The notes under the pieces are model-generated. The model was not told the origin of the DNA, did no database searches, and worked only from the letters and a program-made list of their open reading frames with translations. Shown here in pieces: positions 29,101 through 35,996 of a stretch of DNA of 64,000 bases. The position numbers were made by a program, and so were the translations under genes. Location: IMG/VR virus record IMGVR_UViG_3300037349_000099, positions 2,076-66,075 of that record; one strand, given 5' to 3'. Position 1 is the stretch's first letter; every line of letters starts with the position of its first letter. This DNA is from a virus (Duplodnaviria; Caudoviricetes).

Positions 29101-31932
29101 GTGCGGGTCCTTCACATCAGTCACGTCCAGGCGCTTGCCGACGTGCTTCTCGGTCCAGTCCTGAATCGCCTTCTTGACCTTGCCGTCCTTGTCGTCGGCC
29201 ACGCGCGCGGTCAGGATCTTGACGTTGTTCCCCTCGGCCAGCCACTTCTTGATGCGGTCGACCATCGGCTGAATCGGTTCGCCTATGACGGTTGGACCCT
29301 TGAAGCCGTCGTAGTGGGCCAGCGTCCCGTCGAGGTCCACGCCGATCCACTTGTCGCCCTTGGCTTCGGGCTGGGCTGATTCGGCAGGCTTTGAGCCACC
29401 CTCTTCCACCTTGCCCGCAACTGGCTGATTCTGCGCGGGTGGGGACTGGACTGATTCTTGGAATAGTTTGCGCTCCGCTTCCGCGACCGCCGTTCCCCAT
29501 GCTTCGGTGTCGTCGGGATTCAGTCCACGGCTCAGGAGGTCGCTCTTGATCTTGCGATACTCCTCTGGGGTAATCTCTCGCTCCGCCTTCTTCTCTTCTG
29601 GCTTCAAACGCTCAAATGGCGCTGCTGGCCATGCGCGCCCGTCGTCGGTCTTGACCCCAGCAACCTTGCGCTTCGGATCAACGTGCGTCACAGTGCCCGG
29701 CTTCTTGCCGTCCATCAGAACGCGGTCGCCCTTCTTCGGGGTGAAGGGGGTTTCCTGTTTTGGCACATCATTTGAGGCGTCGGGCGTGGTAGATGAGTTG
29801 CGCTGGTTGAAGGACTCCATCGCGGCATCGTGCGCAGCCTTGACTAAGCTCGCGTACTGGCGATGCTGGTCCATCTTCCCAGCGATCCTTGCGCGCTCCC
29901 CTTTTTCGTAGTCGGGATGCGTCAGGTCATTGACCGCCGCAATCTCTTTCGGCACCACCTGGAGTTCCGCCGAGTTCCCGTCCGGCGTCTTGACCTGGAA
30001 CGTGTGCGACCGGAAGCCGTAAGGGTCGGACCCCTTCTCAAAGTTGTCCTGCTCGCGCACGACCTGAAAGCTGTCCTTGATCTTCTGCGCTACCTGATCG
30101 CGCGCCGCTGGTGAGTCCACGACGATCCGGCCGCCGAGGTAGTCGGGAATGGTTTCCGCCGGCTGCTTCTCCTGGTCCAGCTTCTCGGCCAGGTCCGCCG
30201 GAGCCTTCTTCTCGCGGATGCCCTCAACTTTTGCGCCCGGTATGCCTTGGACCGTCGCATTGGCCTGCCGCTCCAGCCACGGAGCCTGGGCCTGCGCCGC
30301 CTTCTGCAAGGTGGCAGGGTTATCCGTCGATTGCAGGATCTGGCGTCCGGTGTCGGGTTCGTGCTTGCCGATGGGCTGTGGCTGGTTCGTCGCCTGCGCT
30401 GTGGCTGGCTGGAGAGGCTTGGGGGCATCCTTGGGTGGTACGGGGCGCGCGGGGACGGACGCCATGATTGCCGCGGCGAGCGCCTTGGCGTCGGATGGCT
30501 TCGGCGTGCTGCCTTTGTCCGGTGCAACCTGGGCGGGTTCGGGCGAGAGAGGTTTGCCAGAGAGCGCATCGGCCGCCGTGGCAAGGTTGGCCTGCTGGGG
30601 CGTGTTGGGCGCTTTCCCGGTCTGGGTGTTACGCACTGCCTCATCGAGTAGAGAGGATACAGCAGCATGCGCGTCGGCTGCGCGGTTGGCTCCCTCCATA
30701 TCGCCGCTCTCGTGAGCGCGCCGACCCGTCTCGTCGATTGCGTTCAAGAGAGCTTGGTTTTCGGCTGGCGTCTGGCTTGTCACCTTTCCGCGATGGTCGG
30801 CAACTATCTGATCCAGGAGTGATTGTTCTGCGTTCTGCGCCTGTGGGACCGGGGGTTGTTCCGGTACCGGCTTGGGACCGGCGTGGATGGTGGTCCCTTG
30901 CTCGCTCTCCGGGCCTTGTAGGGTATCGAAGATGTCGGCGGCGGTCGGGGTAGGCGGCTTTGGCGTCGGCGTCGGCGCGACAGTTTCGGGAACTTCTGGT
31001 GCTCCGAGTGGCTTGCCGCTGAGGGCGTCGGATGCGGATTGAAGATTGGGAGGGGGAGATTGAGGTGTTGGCGCTGGACTCGGTGCAACCTGCTCAGGTA
31101 CAGGCGGCGCGGCGGGCGGCTGGTTGGCGTTGATGCCTTTGCCTGCGCGGACAATCTCATCGGTGGCGGCAAGGTTATCGAGGTTGGGTGTCATTGTCGG
31201 CCCGGCTGGGCGTGGACTTGTGGGCGGAGGCTGGCCGCGCAGTTCGGCGGCACGGGCATTGCGTAGCCCCTCCCAACCTCCCAAGTCACGCGCTCCGAGC
31301 AACGCCGCAGCAGCTTGTGGCGCTCCAACCGTTACGGCTGCGAGTGCATCGCTTTCGTTGCCTGCTCCCTCTCCGGGGTTGGCATTTTGGATGAAGCGAC
31401 CGGCAACCGGCACGGCTTGGATAGCATGAGCGATGCTGGAGTATGGGTCTCCGCCCCTATAGGCGTCTACCGCTTTTCCTGCCTCCCCAGTCGCCCGCAT
31501 GAACTCGCCACCGACTCCCTCCGCAACCTGCACGGCGGGACCGCCAAGAGCTTCGGCGGCATTCCTGAACGGATGCCCCTCGAGGTCTTCTATTCTCTGA
31601 TCCCGCATCAGATTGGACTCTGCCACCGTGGCAGGGAGTCCAAGGTTGTGAGCCACCTTACCGATGTAGCTAGGTTCCGACTGGTTCGCTACAGCCTGCT
31701 CCGCTGGCGAAAGCGGCAACTGCTTGTTGTTCGGGACTGGCACACCTGGCCGGTTCTCAATGTCCTGCTGATATTGACTCTGCGGCTGCGCGGGAGCCTG
31801 CGCTCGCTGTACGGGCGCTGCCTTCGCTGGCGCTGGACCTTGCAGGCTATAACCGGGAGGCGGAGGAGGAGGGTCGGAATCTTGGAGGTCATATCCCGCT
31901 GGAGGAGGAGGAATCGTTGCGGCTGAGCCCAC
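20191..31932 (-). CDS. Giant (3913 aa) DarB-like polyvalent ejection protein: RelA/SpoT-like + KOW + HAD + N6-DNA methylase + SNF2 helicase + C-terminal helical domain
   Basis: DYLGGRIV/GFRSH/ELQ/H..YE (~29880-30290); VDLDGTL/TAR/K/DD (~29050-29350); YTS/LEPAMG.G.F/NVPF (~26900-28000); HEVGAGKT/DEAH/QREGRILRQGN (~23700-25570). Follows the ejection genes. Confidence 0.9.
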   Translation of the reverse strand: MGSAATIPPPPAGYDLQDSDPPPPPPGYSLQGPAPAKAAPVQRAQAPAQPQSQYQQDIENRPGVPVPNNKQLPLSPAEQAVANQSEPSYIGKVAHNLGLPATVAESNLMRDQRIEDLEGHPFRNAAEALGGPAVQVAEGVGGEFMRATGEAGKAVDAYRGGDPYSSIAHAIQAVPVAGRFIQNANPGEGAGNESDALAAVTVGAPQAAAALLGARDLGGWEGLRNARAAELRGQPPPTSPRPAGPTMTPNLDNLAATDEIVRAGKGINANQPPAAPPVPEQVAPSPAPTPQSPPPNLQSASDALSGKPLGAPEVPETVAPTPTPKPPTPTAADIFDTLQGPESEQGTTIHAGPKPVPEQPPVPQAQNAEQSLLDQIVADHRGKVTSQTPAENQALLNAIDETGRRAHESGDMEGANRAADAHAAVSSLLDEAVRNTQTGKAPNTPQQANLATAADALSGKPLSPEPAQVAPDKGSTPKPSDAKALAAAIMASVPARPVPPKDAPKPLQPATAQATNQPQPIGKHEPDTGRQILQSTDNPATLQKAAQAQAPWLERQANATVQGIPGAKVEGIREKKAPADLAEKLDQEKQPAETIPDYLGGRIVVDSPAARDQVAQKIKDSFQVVREQDNFEKGSDPYGFRSHTFQVKTPDGNSAELQVVPKEIAAVNDLTHPDYEKGERARIAGKMDQHRQYASLVKAAHDAAMESFNQRNSSTTPDASNDVPKQETPFTPKKGDRVLMDGKKPGTVTHVDPKRKVAGVKTDDGRAWPAAPFERLKPEEKKAEREITPEEYRKIKSDLLSRGLNPDDTEAWGTAVAEAERKLFQESVQSPPAQNQPVAGKVEEGGSKPAESAQPEAKGDKWIGVDLDGTLAHYDGFKGPTVIGEPIQPMVDRIKKWLAEGNNVKILTARVADDKDGKVKKAIQDWTEKHVGKRLDVTDVKDPHMVSLYDDRAVPVERNTGKLLAEPQPEGNNNNAAKPGISGKPNADAETASQRSVDVPQEEKPAGSNAGAKPAGAADERKPAADAHAAGEEKPLGQQGGGEGKEEVEDKVSQAAAIIKANPDMERFNPGGVVDEIAKQLDIPRSEANKLYVEAGRKVSAAKPARSFYKPPTPQVAPMAGTSPLGAKPEMHTYEAEVSKYAGDPHPKTVQIEAENRRHAEQLLAEKYPGMRISSAGRVEKPVEKSVEKEETKPSTEAPHEPTSRSETGGGRPAADTGGRDRAGVAPAPESVREGTDKSELSPEGDKEHGPVVRPGAPRVRSGRPQPGPGAGSDEGIDLSPAGPVIEEAEKESRKPTPRRNKDWYEHPEDWAISGGPLAKLDGNMAALEILRDIQQNPRKATDDEKTKLANYVGWGALSRVFNEEYLKQSREEESPEDYSPEGGYDYQARYWKNKATETPEYKRERERWRAANKRLRELLTPDEYKEAEDSTINAHYTSPELVRFMWDAVKKMGFKSGNVLEPAMGVGNFLGMMPPEIRSKVQAVGNDKDTVSAGISKLLYPEAQIFNKPFEDLILPNNEMDLAISNVPFFEVNVYDRNYPKLNAMLHDYFFVKSMDKVKPGGLVAFITSTGTMDRQSSAIREALAGQADLVSAFRLPSSAFKANAGTDVTTDLIILRKRLPGEEPGGESWMKAVPTKFPLEQEPGKMHEHPFNEYYLAHPENMLGTAVSSKKMRGNQRFALKKPERPIADLLKEALDRIPKNIVKTAPKPTGANQAETEAVYAEDNVQEYQYVVDDKGILKQRREGKLVYPPAAMDKGKIKSIPKTSRIKAMVKLRETMNRLLYEMKTLPDDEASNKQIAHSRAQLEKQYNSFVKQYGLVNSTANRIFNEDPHYPRLLALENYDRAKKESTPADIFRKRTIYPRQSLTSISQDPGEALQQVLAERGYPDVDLMAQLQGKTPKEAAQSLIDAGVLFRDPISGEYQTREKYLSGYVRTKLDDAKAAVAQGNKEYQANVDALEKVQPAFLHITDDPATSISVRLGGTWIPIPALEQFAKDTFKSDGTFTYTDGTWSVELDNSRTPENTNQWATQRIHGADLLQDALNLKQTTIYDIVDKKQILNADETTNARAMQERIRQEFQKWALNSKDWKEPLEKAYNYAFNNLAEQEYDGSFLTFPGMNPEIKLEPHQVNAIWRMIQDGRALLAHEVGAGKTFEMVAAVMEGRRTGVFKKPMIAVPNHIVDQFRKEFLFLYPGANILVPTEKDFDSKNRQRIMSQIATGDYDCIILPHSQFNLMDISPERQKKTIQGEIDQLDDALRGAIADDPDYAGLTIEQAEAKAASDKQKRKSQTVKQLVKSRLQFKERLKELSDLKADKAIGFDDTGVDALFIDEAHEYKNLKYFTKMQRIAGLQQANSKRSFRLLAKLQYLQEVNNGRGVFFATGTPVQNTMAELYTMMKYVAPDVLERAGIKYFDDWAANFGSVITAMELSADGRSFKARSKFARFQNVPELMRMFRAFADVKTAADLNLKRPELEGGKPIVITVPGSEKLDEVVKDLMQRAEAIRSGSVRPDEDNMLKVTSEGRKAATDLRLLDAAIKDEVDSKINVAVRQILKEHRAGEEDKLTQMVFLDMYRATDDKDNELLNLYKDMRQKLIDGGVKPEEIAIIGDYNTRAKRQALFERVNAGDVRILLGSTQRMGAGTNAQQRLKALHHIDLTWRPGDLTQREGRILRQGNMNKSVRIYNYLTERSFDAYMAQTLQSKAEFLSQILSGRSASRTITDAAADMVMSLEEMKVAASGNPDIKLKYDLEMKLAQLQTVERGFEASKRDAHSRVRSIDSSIASSKRAVIRMELAQAAIDKAKGPDGDGFTMEVDGKKFTDRKSAGEYIEAMAIPGVRFYMKVNGVEVSVDPTGTIKEHDPNVIGKDGTHWIDVPSVSYDLEFEESSSYFHNNRAPQYTMESLVRSIEANMRSIPKHIAREVKSIAANEEDKPQFQKLADREEFPEQKELEKVRADLDEVEKRLGLGNVNSGSQADKEETAAEVDTSAEPEPAEEQEEEGDDVEDGPEPSSPKDTAKKFLQGGRGANLPDSGTLSAFGFLNPAVVNQLFPGMAGGIYQWAGDGPTPGKTQQAIMREERGQMDRRMARALAALEQESNAWDKRPRADFLAFADAVEHVGGKTVADLSVKDQQLAGILEKAYQERKDYIDAMGFGPINDWIDNYFAHWWERPSLARKTIKKFMGVGKRPLEGKASFRKQRKIPTTRDGIDIGLTPATWNPVRGALMKIYEMDQFIMAHQLLKVIKDSGTAKFVRAGTQAPEGWDKIDDKIGTVWRRATTIDDQKVEGATYDKTYMGGKRPIPSIAIEDLEDASGKALVITGHYWAPADAAKVFNNFVSKGLAGRSAIFDALRWANNNLNAMQLGISAFHATVTTVNAAASDVSLGVEQLFQGKPVKAAGNALAGIALLPSLVRTIKNGWKATREYMKPGTYPEMEKEADWIARSGGRLAPSTLELSPIRKAINAWNSGTNWDKAKSLPGALLQAGVWPVLEFWVPKMKIGAFYLMAHNLLEEAQKKNWTPEKLRERMQEAWDAVDDRFGQIVYENRFWPRGLKDALQLTFRAVGYTNGDVRIYGGAIVDTAKAAGLVATGHGKEARITPRMSFALSSFLCTAILGAAGTFLCTGHLPKDPLHYLYIEDSHGIMHSIAGYPDQIVSFVKHPEQTVINKIAPLWSVIGQAINNQDFYRTEIRHTDDSAPKQAEEFAGWSAKQELPFSATGAAHLLEERGAQDNAWSMIQTAIHNPAPVAESFFGFNQAPAFIQNSKAVNMARDYERANYTPGTRTQREADRRNAKHVVEDMYRAKATGKPGFDQKVIDAYKTADILDESDLAKARFQARVQPIVAATRDLHHEQALNVYLAATPDEQKQLRPVIGHKARTIDDDSDMSAEQKVTMKKAYSDALNPKPKFKGPAVGPVV
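28077..28334 (-). CDS. Nested out-of-frame 85-aa protein (TnpV-like pattern) inside the giant gene
   Basis: GGAGG-N6-ATG at 28334; amphipathic helical sequence (EREWRQHR..FV.EL.....L...RELIFP), while the main frame is R/G/P-rich linker. Confidence 0.65.
   Translation of the reverse strand: MSPRVEVKPEEDARLPILEAEIEREWRQHRKAFVRELINQNYLQKAIKNTALSCVRVLQEYEAAGHNPDQGREAMRELIFPRQDQ
28788..29009 (-). CDS. Second nested out-of-frame ORF (73 aa, Met/Pro/Lys-rich)
   Basis: GGAAGGGA purine tract ~9 nt before ATG; confined to the linker just after the HAD domain. Confidence 0.4.
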   Translation of the reverse strand: MQQNLGSAANQMPMQKQRVSGASMFRKKKNQQAPMPEPNPQAPPMSGSQQQMPMPPAKKSHWVSKAVGKGKKK

Positions 31933-33468
31933 TTACTTTACCTCATTGCCTGTCTGCGGATCGCGCCATGCGCCGCCGCGGTAAACAACGCTTCCCTTGG
32001 GTCCGGTCGCCACATGCTCGCCAGGTGTGGCTGGGCCTGCGAAACTCTGCGGCGCATTGGCCTTCGCTGCGGGGGCTGCTGGCGCCGCCGGACTCGCCGC
32101 GGACTGTGCTGTCGCCGATGGGAGTAGGTGACTGACCGCGCTACCGTCTTTCCTTCGCCAGACAAGGTTTTCATCCACTGTCAGCGGGTCAACTGTCTGA
32201 CCGCGCCGCGTGAGTTCGTCCTCGTAGGCGTCCTGTGTCGCTTGCATATCCGTCTGGGCTGCCTTGATTGCATCAGGGTCGTTTGGAGCCTTATTCAGCG
32301 CATCCTGCGCTTTGGTAACGGCCTTGTCCTTTGCCCTCGCCGCCGCATCTATTGCTCCCCGCGTCTCTTTGTCCTGGGCAATCGAGGTTCGCTTATCGAG
32401 GCGCTGGTCGGCGCGATCTGCCGCTACTCCTGCGCTATCGTCCTTGAGTTGCTGATAGAGTTTCACTGCCTTTCCGAGCAAAACCTTCTTGGCGGGATCG
32501 GTCTCCATACTGAACTTCATCGCCAGAGCAACAGGATTCGACGGCAGTTTGTCGCCGGACTGGTCTGCGAGTTGCTGCTTGATCTGCTCAAGTTGCTGGT
32601 TGTAATCGGCCTTCTGGTTGGCAGTTTGCTCGGCGACCTCATCCTTAGCGACATTTCCGAAAGCTGTCCCCATCCCGCGCGCCTCTGAGCCAATATCCTT
32701 TTGGCGGTCGCTTTCGGCCTTATAGTTGGACAGGTTGCGGTCTTCCTGCTGCTGGATGACTGCGGCCTGGCCTTGGCGCGCCGCTTCCGCGGCCTGGTAG
32801 TTAGAGTTCGGAGCGTTGATGGGAGCGTTGCCCATGCGCTTGGGGAAGATGGCCCGGAGTATCTTAGTGCCAGTTCCCGGCTTGTAAAGTTCCGAGGGGT
32901 TGATAGTCTCTCCGGTCTCCGGGTCCACTGCGGAGGTCAGAACCTTGCCTGTCTGCGGGTCACGGTAGGGGATTGGCGCGGCAAGAGCTTGTCGCCGTTG
33001 CTCAAGTGGGGCGTTCTGAGCACTTGGCCCTGGGGTGTTTTGAAGAGCCGCGGAGGACTGGGCCGCCCGCCCTGCCGCATCAAGTGCTCCCTGTTGCGCC
33101 TGACTGAATCTTTGGTACCCGTCATTCGCCCATGACTTTGGCGCTCCCCTTGCGGCTGGCCCATTGCCAGATGGAGTAACGGCGTTGGGAGTCGCCGCTG
33201 GCTTCGGTTGCGCCGGTGGAGGCGTCTGGATAGCCTGTCCGTTCGCCTGCGCGCCTGCGCGTATCGCCTGTGCCGCGTTCGAGGCTGGCGCTTGGGGCAT
33301 CGCGCCAGATGTCGGCTGCGCGGGTGCCTGTACGCGCTGTGGGGCGTTTGCTGCCGCCAACTGTGCGCCCTTATCGCCACTCCCATCAGCGGGCGGATTG
33401 AGCAGGTTGCTAAGGAGTGCGCCTAGTTTTTCGTCGTCGGACTGGTACATGGGGCCTTCATCGGCCAT
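31933..33468 (-). CDS. Probable ejection/internal virion protein
   Basis: A/Q/P-rich with coiled coil; abuts the giant gene; podovirus synteny. Confidence 0.65.
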   Translation of the reverse strand: MADEGPMYQSDDEKLGALLSNLLNPPADGSGDKGAQLAAANAPQRVQAPAQPTSGAMPQAPASNAAQAIRAGAQANGQAIQTPPPAQPKPAATPNAVTPSGNGPAARGAPKSWANDGYQRFSQAQQGALDAAGRAAQSSAALQNTPGPSAQNAPLEQRRQALAAPIPYRDPQTGKVLTSAVDPETGETINPSELYKPGTGTKILRAIFPKRMGNAPINAPNSNYQAAEAARQGQAAVIQQQEDRNLSNYKAESDRQKDIGSEARGMGTAFGNVAKDEVAEQTANQKADYNQQLEQIKQQLADQSGDKLPSNPVALAMKFSMETDPAKKVLLGKAVKLYQQLKDDSAGVAADRADQRLDKRTSIAQDKETRGAIDAAARAKDKAVTKAQDALNKAPNDPDAIKAAQTDMQATQDAYEDELTRRGQTVDPLTVDENLVWRRKDGSAVSHLLPSATAQSAASPAAPAAPAAKANAPQSFAGPATPGEHVATGPKGSVVYRGGAWRDPQTGNEVK

Positions 33469-33479
33469 AGCGCACTCTC

Positions 33480-34067
33480 CTAACCAATGTTGGCATTTTC
33501 TTCATCCTCTGCGCCGTGAGTGGCCGCAGTGGCAGCCGCCTGATTCCAGATATTCGCCGCCGGATCAGTGATTGCCGCCGACTTCGCCATGACATCGAGT
33601 GAGGAATTAGCCTCTCCGCCCATGTTCTTGGCCATCTGGGAAGCGAACTGCGCAGGGAACTCGGTTGCCTGAAGCACGTTTTTGTTGTAGCCCGCGCCCG
33701 CCCCGATGCGCTCCTGGTTCGCCTGAGCCTCTTCGCCGGAGATGTCGCGCGTACCCTGCTGCGTCATAGCCTCGGTTGCGGCGACTCCGCCCGCAGAGTT
33801 CCCGCCGGTCCTGAGCGCCTGCCCCTGGAGCATGTTCCCCGCCGCACGCGCCTTCGCGTCTGCCGTGTTGGCGACAATCTGGTTTGTCGTCGTCTGGAAC
33901 TGCCCACCCTGCCCGTAGGGATTGCTCGCCGCATATTTTGAAAGTTGGCTCTCATAGTCGCCCTCGGCGTTCTGGGCCTGAGCGTAGGAGTTCTGGGCAT
34001 CGTTGTAATAGCCAGCGTTCTGATCCGCCGATGTCTTGTCCGTTCTTTCAACTGCTTCACGTCCCAT
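33480..34067 (-). CDS. Probable small ejection protein
   Basis: A/G/Q/N-rich helical protein, positioned like P22 gp7 / T7 gp14. Confidence 0.6.
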   Translation of the reverse strand: MGREAVERTDKTSADQNAGYYNDAQNSYAQAQNAEGDYESQLSKYAASNPYGQGGQFQTTTNQIVANTADAKARAAGNMLQGQALRTGGNSAGGVAATEAMTQQGTRDISGEEAQANQERIGAGAGYNKNVLQATEFPAQFASQMAKNMGGEANSSLDVMAKSAAITDPAANIWNQAAATAATHGAEDEENANIG

Positions 34068-34079
34068 TTTCCTACCCCC

Positions 34080-34502
34080 TCAAATCTCTCTAAAGAAACT
34101 GGCAAAGCGTGTGTCGGTGCGTCTGAATCCGGCTTCTTTCATCGCGCCCTTGACCTGCTTGACGATCTTTCGCGTTACCAGACACCTGATCCAATTGAAG
34201 CCCATTGCGCGCAATGTGTAGAGAACTCCCGGCGCGCAATCCCCTACCGTCAAAGTGACCCTTGGACTGCACCCGACCAGCATCATCTCCACGCCTTTGG
34301 ACTCGAAGATGACTCCGCCAAAAACTTCATTCCCGCGCTCGATCACATAGGCCAGAGGAATGTTGTCCACCTGCCTGCCGTCCTCGTCGAAGATATTGGG
34401 CAGCGGGTAGCTCGTCCCGTCGCGCTCATTCTGTTCGTGGATCTTGCGCAACAAGAGCGGGATGTCTTTGGGTTGCGCCAGCCGGAGGGTTGTCTTGCTC
34501 AC
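34080..34502 (-). CDS. GNAT-like/tail-assembly protein
   Basis: LRLAQPKDIP N-terminus and MKEAGF C-terminus are GNAT-like; lies before the ejection genes; GTGA overlap. Confidence 0.55.
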   Translation of the reverse strand: MSKTTLRLAQPKDIPLLLRKIHEQNERDGTSYPLPNIFDEDGRQVDNIPLAYVIERGNEVFGGVIFESKGVEMMLVGCSPRVTLTVGDCAPGVLYTLRAMGFNWIRCLVTRKIVKQVKGAMKEAGFRRTDTRFASFFREI

Positions 34503-34777
34503 TTTCCCGCCTTCAAAATCGGTACGTTGTGTTTTCTTGCATGGGCTGCGGTCTGTGCGTGGCTCGCTTCGAGGGCTTCTATTTCCTTTTTCAAGATGGC
34601 CTTCATGTCGAGGTCGCCTGTATTCGTCTTGGGCGAGGCATGGCCGCACAGGGCACACGAATCGTGGCCCACGTAGACCGCGATGTGGTGCTCCGCGCCG
34701 CTAATGGGTTCATGCAGCACGATGTAGTGCCGCCCCAGCGACAGATCGACGTGCTGCTCTTTTACCTGCCAAGCCAT
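34499..34777 (-). CDS. Hypothetical protein (CxxC)
   Basis: Coupled ORF MAWQVKEQH... Confidence 0.6.
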   Translation of the reverse strand: MAWQVKEQHVDLSLGRHYIVLHEPISGAEHHIAVYVGHDSCALCGHASPKTNTGDLDMKAILKKEIEALEASHAQTAAHARKHNVPILKAGK

Positions 34778-35187
34778 AGCACCGCCCATAGAATCTTGCA
34801 TCCGTAGTGAATCGCCTGGTCCTGCGTCGAGTTGATCCATCCCTCACACTTCGCAAAATCTGTAAAGAAATGGATAACCAACTCTGCCAAACCCATGGCG
34901 ACAGACCCGGTTATGAGATAGACCATCGCGCAGTGGATCATCGAGTGGGCAAATAGTGCTCGCATCCAATGCTCGCCGACACTCTTGTGCCGGTTCTTGG
35001 CATCACTCAGGAACTGCCCTTGCAATGGGAAGTCACAAAGCGCATGCCCGGCAAAGAGCAGAATAAGCGTCGCCAGCAGTGACCCCTTCCCCAGCGACAA
35101 ACACGGTGCCTGTACCAGTCTAGGGACGAATCCCAACAAGCCATTTGCATGACACGATCCGAAGATCATCAGGGGCCCACCGATCAT
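34762..35187 (-). CDS. DUF3307-like membrane protein
   Basis: HALCDFPLQ..FL...K, HSMIH, HFFTDFAK, DQAIH motifs with TM helices. Confidence 0.8.
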   Translation of the reverse strand: MIGGPLMIFGSCHANGLLGFVPRLVQAPCLSLGKGSLLATLILLFAGHALCDFPLQGQFLSDAKNRHKSVGEHWMRALFAHSMIHCAMVYLITGSVAMGLAELVIHFFTDFAKCEGWINSTQDQAIHYGCKILWAVLWLGR

Positions 35188-35993
35188 ATCGCTGTCAACC
35201 TCGCACCATTCCCGCCGCTATTCCCGCCGCCGCCCGGCACCCCGTTCACAAGAGCCTGTCCGACCGGCTCCCACTTGTCATTCATCGCTCCGGCAATCGT
35301 CGAACTCAACTGGAAGTGCTTGCCGTCAAAAGCAACAACCTGAGACTGTGAATAGTTGGTGTTCAGGATCGTCGCCGATGGCCGCGTTACCTGCTTTGAA
35401 CCGCGCCCAGCCACATACCCACTGTAGGGGCCGTTCGACCCGTAGACCTGAATCTGCGGAACCTGCCCCGGTGCGCCCTGGCCGACCACGTTGGCGAAGT
35501 TCCAGTTATTCAGAGCCATGCCGGGTTCGGAGGCCGCGCTCGACTGCAACCCGGCATTGACTGCCGTCTGCTGGATCAGTTGGTGAGTATTCCACGTGGA
35601 ACCGTCGTAGCTCGACCGGATACGCACGAAAGGCGCTTGCCCTGGCGCTGGGATGCTCACGGTATTGTTGGCCGATACGGGCAGCACCGTGACGCCCTGC
35701 GAGAAGTTCTTGACCGGCGAAGTGCTGACCTCGTGGTAGATCGTCGCCTTGGCAGCCTGCGCGGGATTGGTGATGGTGAGGCTGATGGTGCCGTTTGCGC
35801 CCGCCGCGGTCGCCGTCGCTGGCGGTGGGGGTGTGCTACCCGCCTTCTGGACTCCACTGGTCGGATTGAGCCAGTTGGTTCCGGTGACTTGATTATGCAG
35901 CTCGTGCTGGTCGTTGAAAGCGAGAAGCAGACGGCGCAGGTCTTCTTTGTTGCCTGAGACAGCCGACTCGATGAGACTGCGGGTTTCGCTCAT
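35184..35993 (-). CDS. Structural (tail) protein
   Basis: Beta-rich, FN3-like segment; tail module. Confidence 0.55.
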   Translation of the reverse strand: MSETRSLIESAVSGNKEDLRRLLLAFNDQHELHNQVTGTNWLNPTSGVQKAGSTPPPPATATAAGANGTISLTITNPAQAAKATIYHEVSTSPVKNFSQGVTVLPVSANNTVSIPAPGQAPFVRIRSSYDGSTWNTHQLIQQTAVNAGLQSSAASEPGMALNNWNFANVVGQGAPGQVPQIQVYGSNGPYSGYVAGRGSKQVTRPSATILNTNYSQSQVVAFDGKHFQLSSTIAGAMNDKWEPVGQALVNGVPGGGGNSGGNGARLTAI

Positions 35994-35996
35994 CCA

